64,000 nucleotides of DNA from NCBI GenBank assembly GCA_030141605.1, contig JAQGDQ010001030.1, positions 1 to 64,000 on the forward strand, given 5' to 3'. This document shows, piece after piece, positions 1-9,516 of this stretch. The notes beneath the pieces are model-generated. The model saw nothing but the letters and a program-made list of their open reading frames with translations. It did not search any database and was not told the DNA's origin. The position numbers and the translations under genes were made by a program. Source of the stretch: Tubiluchus corallicola. Taxonomy: Eukaryota; Animalia; Priapulida. Position 1 is the stretch's first letter. Each line of letters starts with the position of its first letter.

Positions 1-3000
1 CTTTTGCAGACTCCTCATGATTTTTTCCTTTCGCAAAACATAACACTCCCCGAGGCGGGACAGTACGGAACAGGCTTAGTATTCCTACCTATAGAAGAGA
101 AAGAGTCTGCTGTGTGCAGGGAGACATTAAACAAATATATTGAATCGGAGGAGCTAGAGGTAATAGAGTGGAGAGATGTGCCTGTTGACAGCTCTGTTAT
201 AGGAGATATTGCCCGTGGGGCAGAGCCAAAGATAGAGCAGGTGTTTGTAAAAGGGCGCTTTGAGCAGGATGTGCTGGAACGCAAACTATACCTTGCGCGT
301 AAGCGGACCGAGAAAGAGGTGCGCAATTCCGGGTTAAAAGGGAAGAAGGGGTTTTATATTCCGAGTCTATCTACAAAAATAATTATATACAAAGGGATGC
401 TTACTCCTGGTCAGCTTAGGGGGTATTACAAAGACCTGACGCATTCAGAGATGAAGAGTGCAATTGCCTTGGTGCATTCCCGCTTTAGTACCAATACTTT
501 TCCCACTTGGGATCTTGCGCAACCTTTTAGGATGGTAGCTCACAACGGGGAGATTAATACGGTGAGGGGTAACCGTTTGTGGATGCATGCCCGGGAGTCA
601 CTTATGCACTCCGAGCTGTTTGGGGATGACCTGAGTAAGCTATACCCAATCGTGGAGCCAGGAAAATCGGACTCTGCATCTTTTGATAATGTACTGGAGT
701 TTATGAGTATGGCAGGGCGAAGTATACCTCACTCTCTATGCATGATGATACCCGAGTCATTTAACGTTAAAAACCCTATACCTGATAGCCTAAAAGCATT
801 TTATGAGTACCATTCGACAATAATGGAGCCGTGGGACGGTCCCGCTTCAATACTATTTTCCGACGGACGGTATATAGGAGGTACCCTCGATCGTAATGGG
901 TTGAGGCCTTCAAGGTATGTCATAACAAAAAACGGGCTTATTGTTATGGGGTCTGAAGTTGGAGTACAGACATTTCCGCCAGAAGAGATAAAAGAGAAGG
1001 GGCGCTTGCGGCCAGGTAAAATATTATTGGTAGACACACAGCTTGGAATTATCATTCCCGACCAGGAGGTGAAAGCAGAGCTCAGCCGTAGAAACCCTTA
1101 TGCCAATTGGCTGAAAGAGAACATATTGATGATGGATGACATTGTTGTAAAGCAACGCGTATCTTCAGATATGGGTGATAACTTTGGGACCTATGCCAAA
1201 GTTTTTGGCTATACGACAGAGGAGATGGAGATGCTTATAAAGCCAATGGCGGAGAATGGAGTGGAACCCACAAACTCAATGGGCAATGATACTCCATTGG
1301 CAGTTTTTTCCGAGAAACCCAAGCGTTTTTTCAACTATTTCCGCCAAATGTTTGCCCAGGTAACAAACCCTGCTGTTGACCCGATCCGCGAAGGCCTAGT
1401 GATGTCTTTAACTAACTATGTTGGTGCACTTAGCAGCAATATCCTCAAGGAAACATCTAAACATTGCAAGCTGATTAAATTTCCCAGTCCACTTATTACC
1501 AATACAGACCTGGGCAAGATAAAAGATCTAAAGCATGAATCTTTCACTCATGCTACCATACCGATACTATTCTCTGCAAAAAAAGGAGTTGCAGGTTTTA
1601 AAGAGTCGTTTAACGAGATGCTTGAAAAGGCGGAGAAGGCAGTGGATGATAAAAAGAACTTTATTATCCTTTCTGACAGAAAAGTTTCAAAAGAACAGGC
1701 ACCAATACCTTCTTTACTTGCTGTTGCAGCTGTCCACCACCACCTTATTAAGGTGAAAAAGCGTATGCAGATAGGCATAATAGTGGAAAGCGCAGAGCCC
1801 CGTGAAGTAATGCACTTCGCATTACTGCTAGGATATGGTGCCAGTGCAGTAAACCCTTACTTTGCGTACGGAGTTATAGATAAGATGGTTCGCGAAAGCA
1901 GAATAAACGTTGAATATAAGGACGCACGTAAGAACTATATAAGGTCTATTGATAAAGGCTTATTGAAGGTTTTCTCTAAAATGGGGATTTCAACGCTTCG
2001 TTCTTATCACGGGGCACAAGTCTTTGAAGCTGTGGGTATTAGCGATAAATTAATAGACTTATACTTTAATGGTACTTCATCCAAAATTGGGGGAGTAGGT
2101 TTTGAAGAGGTGTGCAGGGAGTCCATGATGTCTCATATGGAAGCGTTTGCCAAAAGTAGGAATGCTGCCATGCCTTTAAATGCGGGAGAGTATCATTATA
2201 GGAGCAAAGGGGAGCATCATGCATGGAACCCTGAAGCTATTGCACTGCTGCAATGGTCTACCAAAACAAATGACTACAACATTTTCAAAAAATTCAGTTT
2301 GCTTGTGGATAAGGAAAATGCCAGGCCCTCATTTGTCCGTGGAGTTTTGAAGTGGAAAAAGAACCCTATATCTATTGATCAGGTAGAGCCGGTAGATGAT
2401 ATAATGAAAAGGTTTGTTACCGGAGCCATGTCATATGGGTCTATATCTAAAGAGGCGCATGAAGCACTCTCTATAGCAATGAATGAAATTGGGGGGCGCA
2501 GCAATACGGGTGAAGGGGGAGAGGATCCTGTCCGATTTGGAACGGAACGCAATTCCAAGATAAAACAGATAGCATCGGGGCGCTTTGGAGTAACAAACAA
2601 CTACCTTGTGAACGCAGAGGAGCTGCAAATAAAGATTGCCCAAGGGGCAAAACCAGGCGAAGGAGGACAACTACCTGGTTTCAAGGTAAATAAAATAATA
2701 GCAAAAACTAGAAGTTCAACACCTGGTATTACGCTAATATCCCCACCGCCACATCACGATATATACTCAATAGAGGATTTGGCACAGTTGATTTACGATT
2801 TAAAAAACGTAAATCCCAGAGCCAAAGTTTCAGTGAAGCTGGTTTCTGAAAATGGTGTTGGAACGGTGGCAGCAGGTGTTGCCAAAGGTTTCTCCGATAT
2901 AATTATAATAGCGGGTGCCGACGGAGGTACAGGAGCATCGCCTGTAAGTTCTATAAAACATGCAGGCTTACCGCCTGAGTTTGGTGTTGCAGAGGCCCAA

Positions 3001-4317
3001 CAGACACTTGTTATGAATAACCTGAGGGGTAGGGTAAAGCTACAAACAGACGGGCAGTTGAAAAATGGACGCGATGTAGTGTTGATGGGTATGCTTGGTG
3101 CAGAGGAATTTGGCTTCTCAACTAGCGCGCTTATAGCTTTGGGATGCGTGATGATGCGCAAATGTCATATGAACACCTGTCCTGCGGGCATAGCCACACA
3201 AAACAAGAAGTTGAGAAAGCGTTTTCTGGGGCATGCCCAGTATGTTATCAACTATTTCAGATTTATAGCTACTGAAATAAGAGAGCATATGGCGGAGGTA
3301 GGGGTAAGCTCTTTTGATGAGCTGGTGGGGCGCACTGATTTGCTGGAAATAAAGAAAGAGGTAATGAACTGGAAAATGAAAAATATTGATCTTTCCAGGC
3401 TGCTGTACTTTCCGAAAGATGCGAAAGAAAATCCTATTCATAATACTGGCCCAAACACGAAGGACCTGGATGATGTTATAGACAGAGAGCTTATACGTGA
3501 GGCGGACAAAGCGATAAAAAGTGGAGAGAAGGTTTGGATAGCTCACAGTATAAACAATGTAACGAGAAGTGTAGGCTCTATGCTTTCGGGGGAGATCTCC
3601 AGAGTACATGGGGAGGCAGGGCTGCCGGACAATACTATCAACTGCACGTTTAAGGGTTCGGCGGGGCAGAGTTTTGGTGCTTTCTTAGTAAGGGGCGTAT
3701 TATTGAGGCTGGAGGGCGAGTCGAATGACTACCTGGGTAAAGGATTGTCAGGAGGAAAAATTGTTGTTGTTCCCCCAATCGGCTCAACATTCAGGCCGGA
3801 TGAGAATATCATTGTGGGCAACACTACTCTATATGGAGCTACCGGAGGGGAGGTATATATAAGAGGTATCGCAGGTGAGAGGTTCTGTGTGCGTAATTCA
3901 GGTGCGAAAGCTGTTGTTGAGGGGGCAGGTGACCACTGCTGCGAATACATGACGGGGGGACGTACAGTAGTGCTGGGAGCCACAGGGCGTAACTTTGCAG
4001 CGGGGATGAGTGGTGGTATAGCCTACGTTTTGGACAATAATGGCGATTTTGATTACTATTGCAATAAAGGGCTTGTTGAGCTTTGTCCCGTTGAGGATAA
4101 GGCTGACATACAAGAGCTACAGGGGATGATCAGCAAGCATCTCACCTACACTCAAAGCGACCTGGCTGAAGAAATCCTGACGCATTGGTATGAGTATCTT
4201 CCACGTTTTGTTAAGGTTATACCTTTCGAGTACAAAAAAGTGATGGAGGAGATGAAGCTCAAAAAGCTCAAGAAGAAACTTGCTCTGACAGAAGATGATC
4301 CTGCACGCCATGAGTAA
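1..4317 (+). CDS. gltB: Glutamate synthase large subunit (5' end lies upstream of the window)
   Basis: Motifs HSRFSTNTFP, HNGEINT, EPWDGPA, AQGAKPGEGGQLPG, CVMMRKCHMNTCP and C-terminal GXGXG repeats. The N-terminal catalytic Cys region is missing and the frame is open from base 1. Confidence 0.98.
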   Translation, partial: LLQTPHDFFLSQNITLPEAGQYGTGLVFLPIEEKESAVCRETLNKYIESEELEVIEWRDVPVDSSVIGDIARGAEPKIEQVFVKGRFEQDVLERKLYLARKRTEKEVRNSGLKGKKGFYIPSLSTKIIIYKGMLTPGQLRGYYKDLTHSEMKSAIALVHSRFSTNTFPTWDLAQPFRMVAHNGEINTVRGNRLWMHARESLMHSELFGDDLSKLYPIVEPGKSDSASFDNVLEFMSMAGRSIPHSLCMMIPESFNVKNPIPDSLKAFYEYHSTIMEPWDGPASILFSDGRYIGGTLDRNGLRPSRYVITKNGLIVMGSEVGVQTFPPEEIKEKGRLRPGKILLVDTQLGIIIPDQEVKAELSRRNPYANWLKENILMMDDIVVKQRVSSDMGDNFGTYAKVFGYTTEEMEMLIKPMAENGVEPTNSMGNDTPLAVFSEKPKRFFNYFRQMFAQVTNPAVDPIREGLVMSLTNYVGALSSNILKETSKHCKLIKFPSPLITNTDLGKIKDLKHESFTHATIPILFSAKKGVAGFKESFNEMLEKAEKAVDDKKNFIILSDRKVSKEQAPIPSLLAVAAVHHHLIKVKKRMQIGIIVESAEPREVMHFALLLGYGASAVNPYFAYGVIDKMVRESRINVEYKDARKNYIRSIDKGLLKVFSKMGISTLRSYHGAQVFEAVGISDKLIDLYFNGTSSKIGGVGFEEVCRESMMSHMEAFAKSRNAAMPLNAGEYHYRSKGEHHAWNPEAIALLQWSTKTNDYNIFKKFSLLVDKENARPSFVRGVLKWKKNPISIDQVEPVDDIMKRFVTGAMSYGSISKEAHEALSIAMNEIGGRSNTGEGGEDPVRFGTERNSKIKQIASGRFGVTNNYLVNAEELQIKIAQGAKPGEGGQLPGFKVNKIIAKTRSSTPGITLISPPPHHDIYSIEDLAQLIYDLKNVNPRAKVSVKLVSENGVGTVAAGVAKGFSDIIIIAGADGGTGASPVSSIKHAGLPPEFGVAEAQQTLVMNNLRGRVKLQTDGQLKNGRDVVLMGMLGAEEFGFSTSALIALGCVMMRKCHMNTCPAGIATQNKKLRKRFLGHAQYVINYFRFIATEIREHMAEVGVSSFDELVGRTDLLEIKKEVMNWKMKNIDLSRLLYFPKDAKENPIHNTGPNTKDLDDVIDRELIREADKAIKSGEKVWIAHSINNVTRSVGSMLSGEISRVHGEAGLPDNTINCTFKGSAGQSFGAFLVRGVLLRLEGESNDYLGKGLSGGKIVVVPPIGSTFRPDENIIVGNTTLYGATGGEVYIRGIAGERFCVRNSGAKAVVEGAGDHCCEYMTGGRTVVLGATGRNFAAGMSGGIAYVLDNNGDFDYYCNKGLVELCPVEDKADIQELQGMISKHLTYTQSDLAEEILTHWYEYLPRFVKVIPFEYKKVMEEMKLKKLKKKLALTEDDPARHE

Positions 4318-4354
4318 GTGACGGGTATATTTGAACGACAAAAAAGTGTTAATA

Positions 4355-5767
4355 ATGGGAAATCCAAAGGGTTTTATAGAGATAAAAAGGAAAGAGGGTG
4401 GGTACCGCCCTGTAAGTGAAAGAGTACATGACTACGGAGAGGTAGAGCAAACTCTTAATGAGAAAGATAGGCAGGAACAGGCTTCGAGATGTATGGATTG
4501 TGGTGTTCCGTTTTGTCACTGGGCCTGCCCTGTCCACAGCATAATCCCTGAGTGGCAGGATGCGATATATAGGGGTAGATGGCAAGAAGCTTATGAAATA
4601 CTGATCTCAACTAACAGCTTTCCTGAGTTTACTGGCCGCGTATGTCCTGCCCTGTGTGAGCAGTCGTGTGTACTGGCAATTCATGACGAGCATGTGACAA
4701 TCCGCGAGAACGAGTGCTCGGTTGTTGAGAAAGCATTTAGTATGGGGTATGCCCGCCCCAGAGTACCTCAAAAGAGAACAGGCCTGGAGGTTGCGGTGGT
4801 AGGTTCCGGTCCTGCCGGCCTGTCTGTAGCAGACAGGCTCAACCAGTTGGGGCACAAGGTGACCGTTTTTGAACAGGATGACGCTATTGGAGGGTTGCTA
4901 AGATATGGTATACCTGATTTTAAGCTAAATAAAACTTTTATTGACCGTAGAGTCAGACTTTTTACAGAGGAGGGTATAGACTTCAAAACGGGAGTAAACG
5001 TTGGAGTAGATATTACCGCTGATGAACTTCTAAAAAAGTTTAACGCAGTTTGCCTGGCTTGTGGAGCAGCACTTCCGCGCGACTTGAATGTTGAGGGCAG
5101 GGAGCTTGATGGTGCCTATTTCGCTATGGATTTTCTCAAACAGCAAAACAGGATTATAAGAGGTGATGAGATATCCAAAGATAACATCATATCTGCCAAA
5201 GGTAAAAAGGTGTTGGTAATAGGTGGTGGCGATACCGGTTCGGACTGTGTAGGCACCTCTATACGCCAAAAAGCCAAGTCTGTTATACAAATAGAGATCC
5301 TTCCAAAACCACCGGTAAAGCGCTCCCCTGATAACCCCTGGCCATATTGGCCCCAGACACTTAGAAGCTCAAGCTCACACGAAGAGGGGTGTGAAAGAAG
5401 GTGGAGCCTGGCAACAAAAAAGTTGATAGGAGATGGTGGCAGGCTTACAGGTGCAGAGGTTGTTCAGGTTGAATGGAAAACAGAGAATAGCCGTTACATC
5501 ATGAAAGAGATAGAGGGAACAAATGAAATTATAGAAGCAGATTTGTTATTATTGGCTATGGGGTTTACCTCTCCGGTTCATGAAGGCCTTTTAGACAGTC
5601 TGGGTGTGAAATATGATGAACGCGGCAACGTTAAGTCTTCAGATGGCGCCACCAATATTGATAAGGTATTTGTAGCAGGTGATGCTACCATAGGGGCAAG
5701 CCTTGTAGTTCACGCTATAAATTCAGGTAACAGCACTGCGCAAAAGATAGCTAGCTATTTAAAATAA
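4355..5767 (+). CDS. gltD: Glutamate synthase small subunit
   Basis: MGNPKGF start, RCMDCGVPFC Fe-S motif, GSGPAG and GGGDTGSDC; directly follows gltB. Confidence 0.97.
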   Translation: MGNPKGFIEIKRKEGGYRPVSERVHDYGEVEQTLNEKDRQEQASRCMDCGVPFCHWACPVHSIIPEWQDAIYRGRWQEAYEILISTNSFPEFTGRVCPALCEQSCVLAIHDEHVTIRENECSVVEKAFSMGYARPRVPQKRTGLEVAVVGSGPAGLSVADRLNQLGHKVTVFEQDDAIGGLLRYGIPDFKLNKTFIDRRVRLFTEEGIDFKTGVNVGVDITADELLKKFNAVCLACGAALPRDLNVEGRELDGAYFAMDFLKQQNRIIRGDEISKDNIISAKGKKVLVIGGGDTGSDCVGTSIRQKAKSVIQIEILPKPPVKRSPDNPWPYWPQTLRSSSSHEEGCERRWSLATKKLIGDGGRLTGAEVVQVEWKTENSRYIMKEIEGTNEIIEADLLLLAMGFTSPVHEGLLDSLGVKYDERGNVKSSDGATNIDKVFVAGDATIGASLVVHAINSGNSTAQKIASYLK

Positions 5768-5788
5768 GCTATAGGCTTTCTGTCCTGC

Positions 5789-5822
5789 TTATGATGTAAA
5801 GCTAAGCTTTACACCATAAAAA
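5789..5822. terminator. Hairpin after gltD, possible intrinsic terminator
   Basis: TTATGaTGTAAAGC-taa-GCTTTACAcCATAA inverted repeat followed by an A-run. Confidence 0.5.
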
Positions 5823-5831
5823 TACATTATT

Positions 5832-6578
5832 TTGACCGAAACAGGAGACAAATTAGTTGTATCATTGATAGATTACTTAAAATGGTTAGGGTTTAAAAAT
5901 GTTAGGAACTGCGATTTAAGTAAATCAAAAACTGATATTTTAGAGGAAGATATACAAGTTAAACTTGATAATGGATTATTGGTAATTGAATGTAAAGGAA
6001 TAGTTGGCACATCTACTGACAACCATTGCAGTCAAATTTCTAAAATAAAGACTAGAAGATGTAAAGAGAGGAATAAGCTTGGCGTACACGCACTTTACGT
6101 TGTAAACCATCAAAGGAATTTACCACCTTTAGAGAGGAAGAACCCACCTTTTACAGAGAATCAAATTACTGATGCGAATCATGAGGAAAGAGGACTTTTA
6201 TCAACGTGGCAATTATTCAATTTGTACTTAGAAATTAAAATTGGCATTTTATCGAAAGAAGAAGCCAGATCTCAAATTATTAAACATGGGCTAATAAGCT
6301 TTAGACCCAAGAACCTTGAATTAATTGGTAAACCTGTGGAAATACTAAAGGGTGGTACTGTTTGCATAATAAAAATTAAGAGTCTTCAACTGAAAATTGG
6401 AGATGAAATTTATTCTGAAAAAAATGGACGATTTAATAAACATGTAATTAAGGAAATTAAAATAGATGACAAACCTGTGAATACTGCAAATAGTGGAGAA
6501 TTAGGAATACAGCTTGACTCTAAAATTGAAAAGAAAACCGAACTGTGGAAAAAACCAGCAGTTAATAAGTGGTCATAA
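5832..6578 (+). CDS. Probably 5'-truncated protein with a PD-(D/E)XK nuclease-like domain and a C-terminal EF-Tu domain II-like beta-barrel
   Basis: EEDIQVKLDNGLLVIECKG (D...ExK pattern). C-terminal LKIGDEI...IKEIKIDDKPVNTANSGELGIQL. TTG start immediately after the gltD hairpin; AT-rich. Confidence 0.5.
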   Translation: MTETGDKLVVSLIDYLKWLGFKNVRNCDLSKSKTDILEEDIQVKLDNGLLVIECKGIVGTSTDNHCSQISKIKTRRCKERNKLGVHALYVVNHQRNLPPLERKNPPFTENQITDANHEERGLLSTWQLFNLYLEIKIGILSKEEARSQIIKHGLISFRPKNLELIGKPVEILKGGTVCIIKIKSLQLKIGDEIYSEKNGRFNKHVIKEIKIDDKPVNTANSGELGIQLDSKIEKKTELWKKPAVNKWS

Positions 6579-6692
6579 AACATTTGGGGTGAAGTGATTG
6601 TTCAGGCATCCTACCACACATCAACTTTTTGCAACAGTGGATAAAAGCGTAGCCCACTCACCCAAATATTTCATACCGCAAATACGTTGTGG
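6560..6692 (+). repeat. attC-like imperfect palindrome (degenerate gene-cassette recombination site)
   Basis: AGTTAAT (R''-like) ... GTGGTcATAAAA-CATTTGGGGTGA ... TCACCCAAATATTTCATACCGC ... GTTGTGG (R'-like). The arms pair with one extra C, and the upstream ORF stop lies inside the element. Confidence 0.55.
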
Positions 6693-6807
6693 AGCATTTG
6701 GTCGAACCACTATCGTATAAAATAAGCTCATATCGTATCATATTGTCGAATATTTCAGTGAATAAAACGAATCGTATCGTATTGGACTAAGGTCTTTATT
6801 TAAATGA

Positions 6808-6815
6808 TATATTTG
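6808..6815 (+). promoter_or_regulatory. Bacteroidota -7 promoter element 4 nt before the Fic pseudogene ATG (leaderless-type)
   Basis: TATATTTG matches TAnnTTTG; ATG at 6820. Confidence 0.5.
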
Positions 6816-6819
6816 TAGT

Positions 6820-7147
6820 ATGAAAAATAAAGTTCATACATCTTTACTAAGCACTGACTGGGAGCTAATTCGACTGATTAGTCAGATTGATCGATTTGAC
6901 GCTTCATGGACGACAATAGAAAAGAGAGAAGGTCAAAGTTTAAAGTAATTGAAAGCGATTGCTACAGTTCGTAGTACAGGGCTGGCATGAAACACATAGT
7001 TTGGTAAAATGCGCCTTATTTGCATATGAACTTGTCACTATTCACCCATTTCAGGACGGAAACGGACGATTGAGCAGACTGATTTCGACTTTACTTCTGT
7101 TGAAACATGGTTACAAGTGGATTCAATATGTAAGTTTGGAGCATGAA
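6820..7147 (+). pseudogene. Fic-family protein pseudogene
   Basis: MKNKVHTSLLSTDWELIRLISQIDRFDASWTTIEKREGQSLK*(TAA 6946)LKAIATVRSTG, then a frameshifted internal deletion joins to ...TIHPFQDGNGRLSRL...YVSLEHE. The C-terminal half is missing relative to the homolog at 15728-16792. Confidence 0.88.
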
Positions 7148-7155
7148 AAGATGGG

Positions 7156-7171
7156 TTTTGCAAAAGGCCTC
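7156..7171. mobile_element. Possible isolated IS terminal inverted repeat (IS5/IS1182-like end)
   Basis: TTTTGCAAAAGGCCTC lies where Fic homology stops; no transposase or partner end seen. Confidence 0.3.
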
Positions 7172-7224
7172 AGAGGTTTAAATGTTGGCCGTGAGTATAA
7201 AATTCAGCAATATTATTAATTATT

Positions 7225-8712
7225 ATGACTAAAAGGAATTTTCTTGCATTTGATCTTGGTGCATCTAATGGGCGAGCTATGCTTGGGAGTATCTCAAATG
7301 GTAAAGTCTGTCTAAAGGAGGTGCACCGGTTTTCAAATAAGATGGTTATTGTCAATGGGCACTACTACTGGAATATATTTAGTCTATTTGAGGAGTTGAA
7401 AACCGGGCTTAAAAGTTGTATCAAAGATTACGGTGTGCAGCCGGAATCAATTGGTATTGATACCTGGGGAGTTGATATTGCTCTTCTCGATAGGGATGGT
7501 ATGATTGCGGGGCTTCCTAATGCATACCGGGACCACCGTACCGACACAGCTATGGAGGAGTTTTTTAAAATAATTCCGCGTGATAAGCTCTACATGATGA
7601 CAGGCGTTCAACTTATGCAGTTTAATACGCTTTTTCAACTTTTTTCAATGGTGCGGGACAGCTCTCCTCAACTGGAAATAGCCAAAGATATTCTTTTTAT
7701 GCCTGATGCCCTGGGCTATTTATTTACCGGCATAAAAAGGAATGAATTTACTATTGCCAGCACTTCGCAACTGCTAAAACCGGGGAAGCCAGAGTATGAA
7801 AATAGACTATTTGAAGCGATAGGTGTTGATTCCGGATTGATGCAGGAAATAGCGCTTCCCGGAACAGTATTAGGGAATATAAAGCCCGATATTGCGGATG
7901 AATTGGGGAGTAGTAAGATACCTGTTATTACCGTTGCAGGCCACGATACAGCATCGGCTGTGGCTTCCGTACCATCAATTGATAAAAACATGGCTTTTAT
8001 AAGCTCTGGAACATGGTCATTGATGGGAATTGAGAGCGACAGACCACTGATATCAGAAGAGACATTAAAATTAAACTACACAAACGAAGGTGGGGTAGAA
8101 GGGACAACGCGGTTTCTGAAAAATATAGTAGGGCTGTGGCTATTGCAAGAATGCCGGAGAGTGTGGGCAGCAGAGAAAAGCTACACATGGACAGAAATGG
8201 TTAGCATAAGCACACAGGCTGAACCATTTAGACACCTGGTAGATACAGATGACAATAGGTTCCTTAACCCTGAAAACATGCCTGAGGCAATAAAACAGTT
8301 TTGCGAAGAGACAGAGCAGGAGATTCCTTCAACACACGGGCAGATAATACGATGTATCTTTGAGAGTCTTGCCCTAAAATACAGGCATGTACTAGAGCAG
8401 ATAAAGAGAGTATCTCCCCACAGAATAGAGAAAATACACATTATCGGTGGCGGGGTAAAAAACAGCCTACTGTGCCAATACACTGCAAATGCAACGGGGC
8501 TGAAAGTCATTGCAGGCCCTATCGAAGCTGCTGCAATAGGTAACATTCTAATGCAGGCAAAAGCCATGGGTGTTGTAGATACACTACAAGAGGTAAGGGG
8601 TATGGTTGAACTGTCTGTAGGAGTAAAATGTTACATGCCCGAAAATGCTTCGGAATGGGACAGGCAGTATCACTGTATATACAAAAATATAGCGAAAAAG
8701 TTGAATGTGTAA
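7225..8712 (+). CDS. rhaB: Rhamnulokinase / FGGY carbohydrate kinase
   Basis: FDLGASNGR, IGIDTWGVD, HDTASAV, SSGTWSLMG, TNEGG, FLKNIVGLW. Confidence 0.88.
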   Translation: MTKRNFLAFDLGASNGRAMLGSISNGKVCLKEVHRFSNKMVIVNGHYYWNIFSLFEELKTGLKSCIKDYGVQPESIGIDTWGVDIALLDRDGMIAGLPNAYRDHRTDTAMEEFFKIIPRDKLYMMTGVQLMQFNTLFQLFSMVRDSSPQLEIAKDILFMPDALGYLFTGIKRNEFTIASTSQLLKPGKPEYENRLFEAIGVDSGLMQEIALPGTVLGNIKPDIADELGSSKIPVITVAGHDTASAVASVPSIDKNMAFISSGTWSLMGIESDRPLISEETLKLNYTNEGGVEGTTRFLKNIVGLWLLQECRRVWAAEKSYTWTEMVSISTQAEPFRHLVDTDDNRFLNPENMPEAIKQFCEETEQEIPSTHGQIIRCIFESLALKYRHVLEQIKRVSPHRIEKIHIIGGGVKNSLLCQYTANATGLKVIAGPIEAAAIGNILMQAKAMGVVDTLQEVRGMVELSVGVKCYMPENASEWDRQYHCIYKNIAKKLNV

Positions 8713-8768
8713 AGATTATTTATTACCTTTGATATATTCGCATAAGTTTAAAATTAAACAACAAAATC

Positions 8769-9299
8769 ATGAAAAAGCAGATGAGAGTTGAAGGTGCTTT
8801 ATCAATCAAAAAGGCATTATTTTTACTTGCAATTGTCACTGGAATTGGGACAATGGTTTCAGCGCAAGATGTTGTTAAACCACGTGCACTCGGATTGCGC
8901 TTTGGTGCCGTAAACGGTGCAAGCTATGAGTTGTCTTATCAGCACGGCCTGAACACCCAAAACCGTTTGGAGTTTGATCTGGGGATAAAGTCTAAAAAAG
9001 ATAACTATAACGCATGGTGGCTGGTTGGTATTTATCAGTGGGTGTGGAACATTAGCAGCATTAGTGACAGCTTTAACTGGTATGTAGGCCCCGGTGCAAA
9101 AATTGGTACCACCACTATAAAATCCCCAAGTGAAACAAAATTCTTTATGGCAGCAGCAGGCAATATTGGCATAGAGTATGTATTTGACTTTGGACTGCAG
9201 CTATCATTAGACACGAGGCCTGAAATAGGTATATTTAACCACTATAATAATGATTTTCTTAATTTTGAACTAGCTTTGGGAGCAAGATATCAGTTTTAA
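8769..9299 (+). CDS. Small outer-membrane beta-barrel protein
   Basis: Signal peptide, alternating amphipathic strands (ALGLRFG, NWYVGPGA, GIEYVF), C-terminal ARYQF; TACCTTTG promoter at 8724. Confidence 0.8.
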   Translation: MKKQMRVEGALSIKKALFLLAIVTGIGTMVSAQDVVKPRALGLRFGAVNGASYELSYQHGLNTQNRLEFDLGIKSKKDNYNAWWLVGIYQWVWNISSISDSFNWYVGPGAKIGTTTIKSPSETKFFMAAAGNIGIEYVFDFGLQLSLDTRPEIGIFNHYNNDFLNFELALGARYQF

Positions 9300-9416
9300 A
9301 GCTCCTTTCGCAGAAACAAAACTTATGAGTTAGATAAATAATTGAAAATTTTGCTTGCTTGGATGGATGGAGGTCAGATTACATTGAATTTCACCCTATC
9401 AGCAACAAACAATATT

Positions 9417-9460
9417 AATATGGGAGAAGATGGTCAAAAAAGCCTGCCTTCTCCCATATT
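9417..9460. repeat. Strong intergenic hairpin
   Basis: AATATGGGAGAAG ... CTTCTCCCATATT, a perfect 13-bp inverted repeat. Confidence 0.6.
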
Positions 9461-9516
9461 GTTGATATACAGTATTTTTTTGCAAAGACCCTCAGTGAAG
9501 ATGAAGCAGGTAGTGT

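Noticed and set aside
6697-6712. TTGGTCGAACCAC resembling the GntR operator at 46121
   Set aside because: Different spacing, weak symmetry and no link to alginate genes.
6959-7219. 86-aa ORF with a Fic motif as an independent gene
   Set aside because: It is the frameshifted fragment of the pseudogene starting at 6820, reading through into unrelated sequence.
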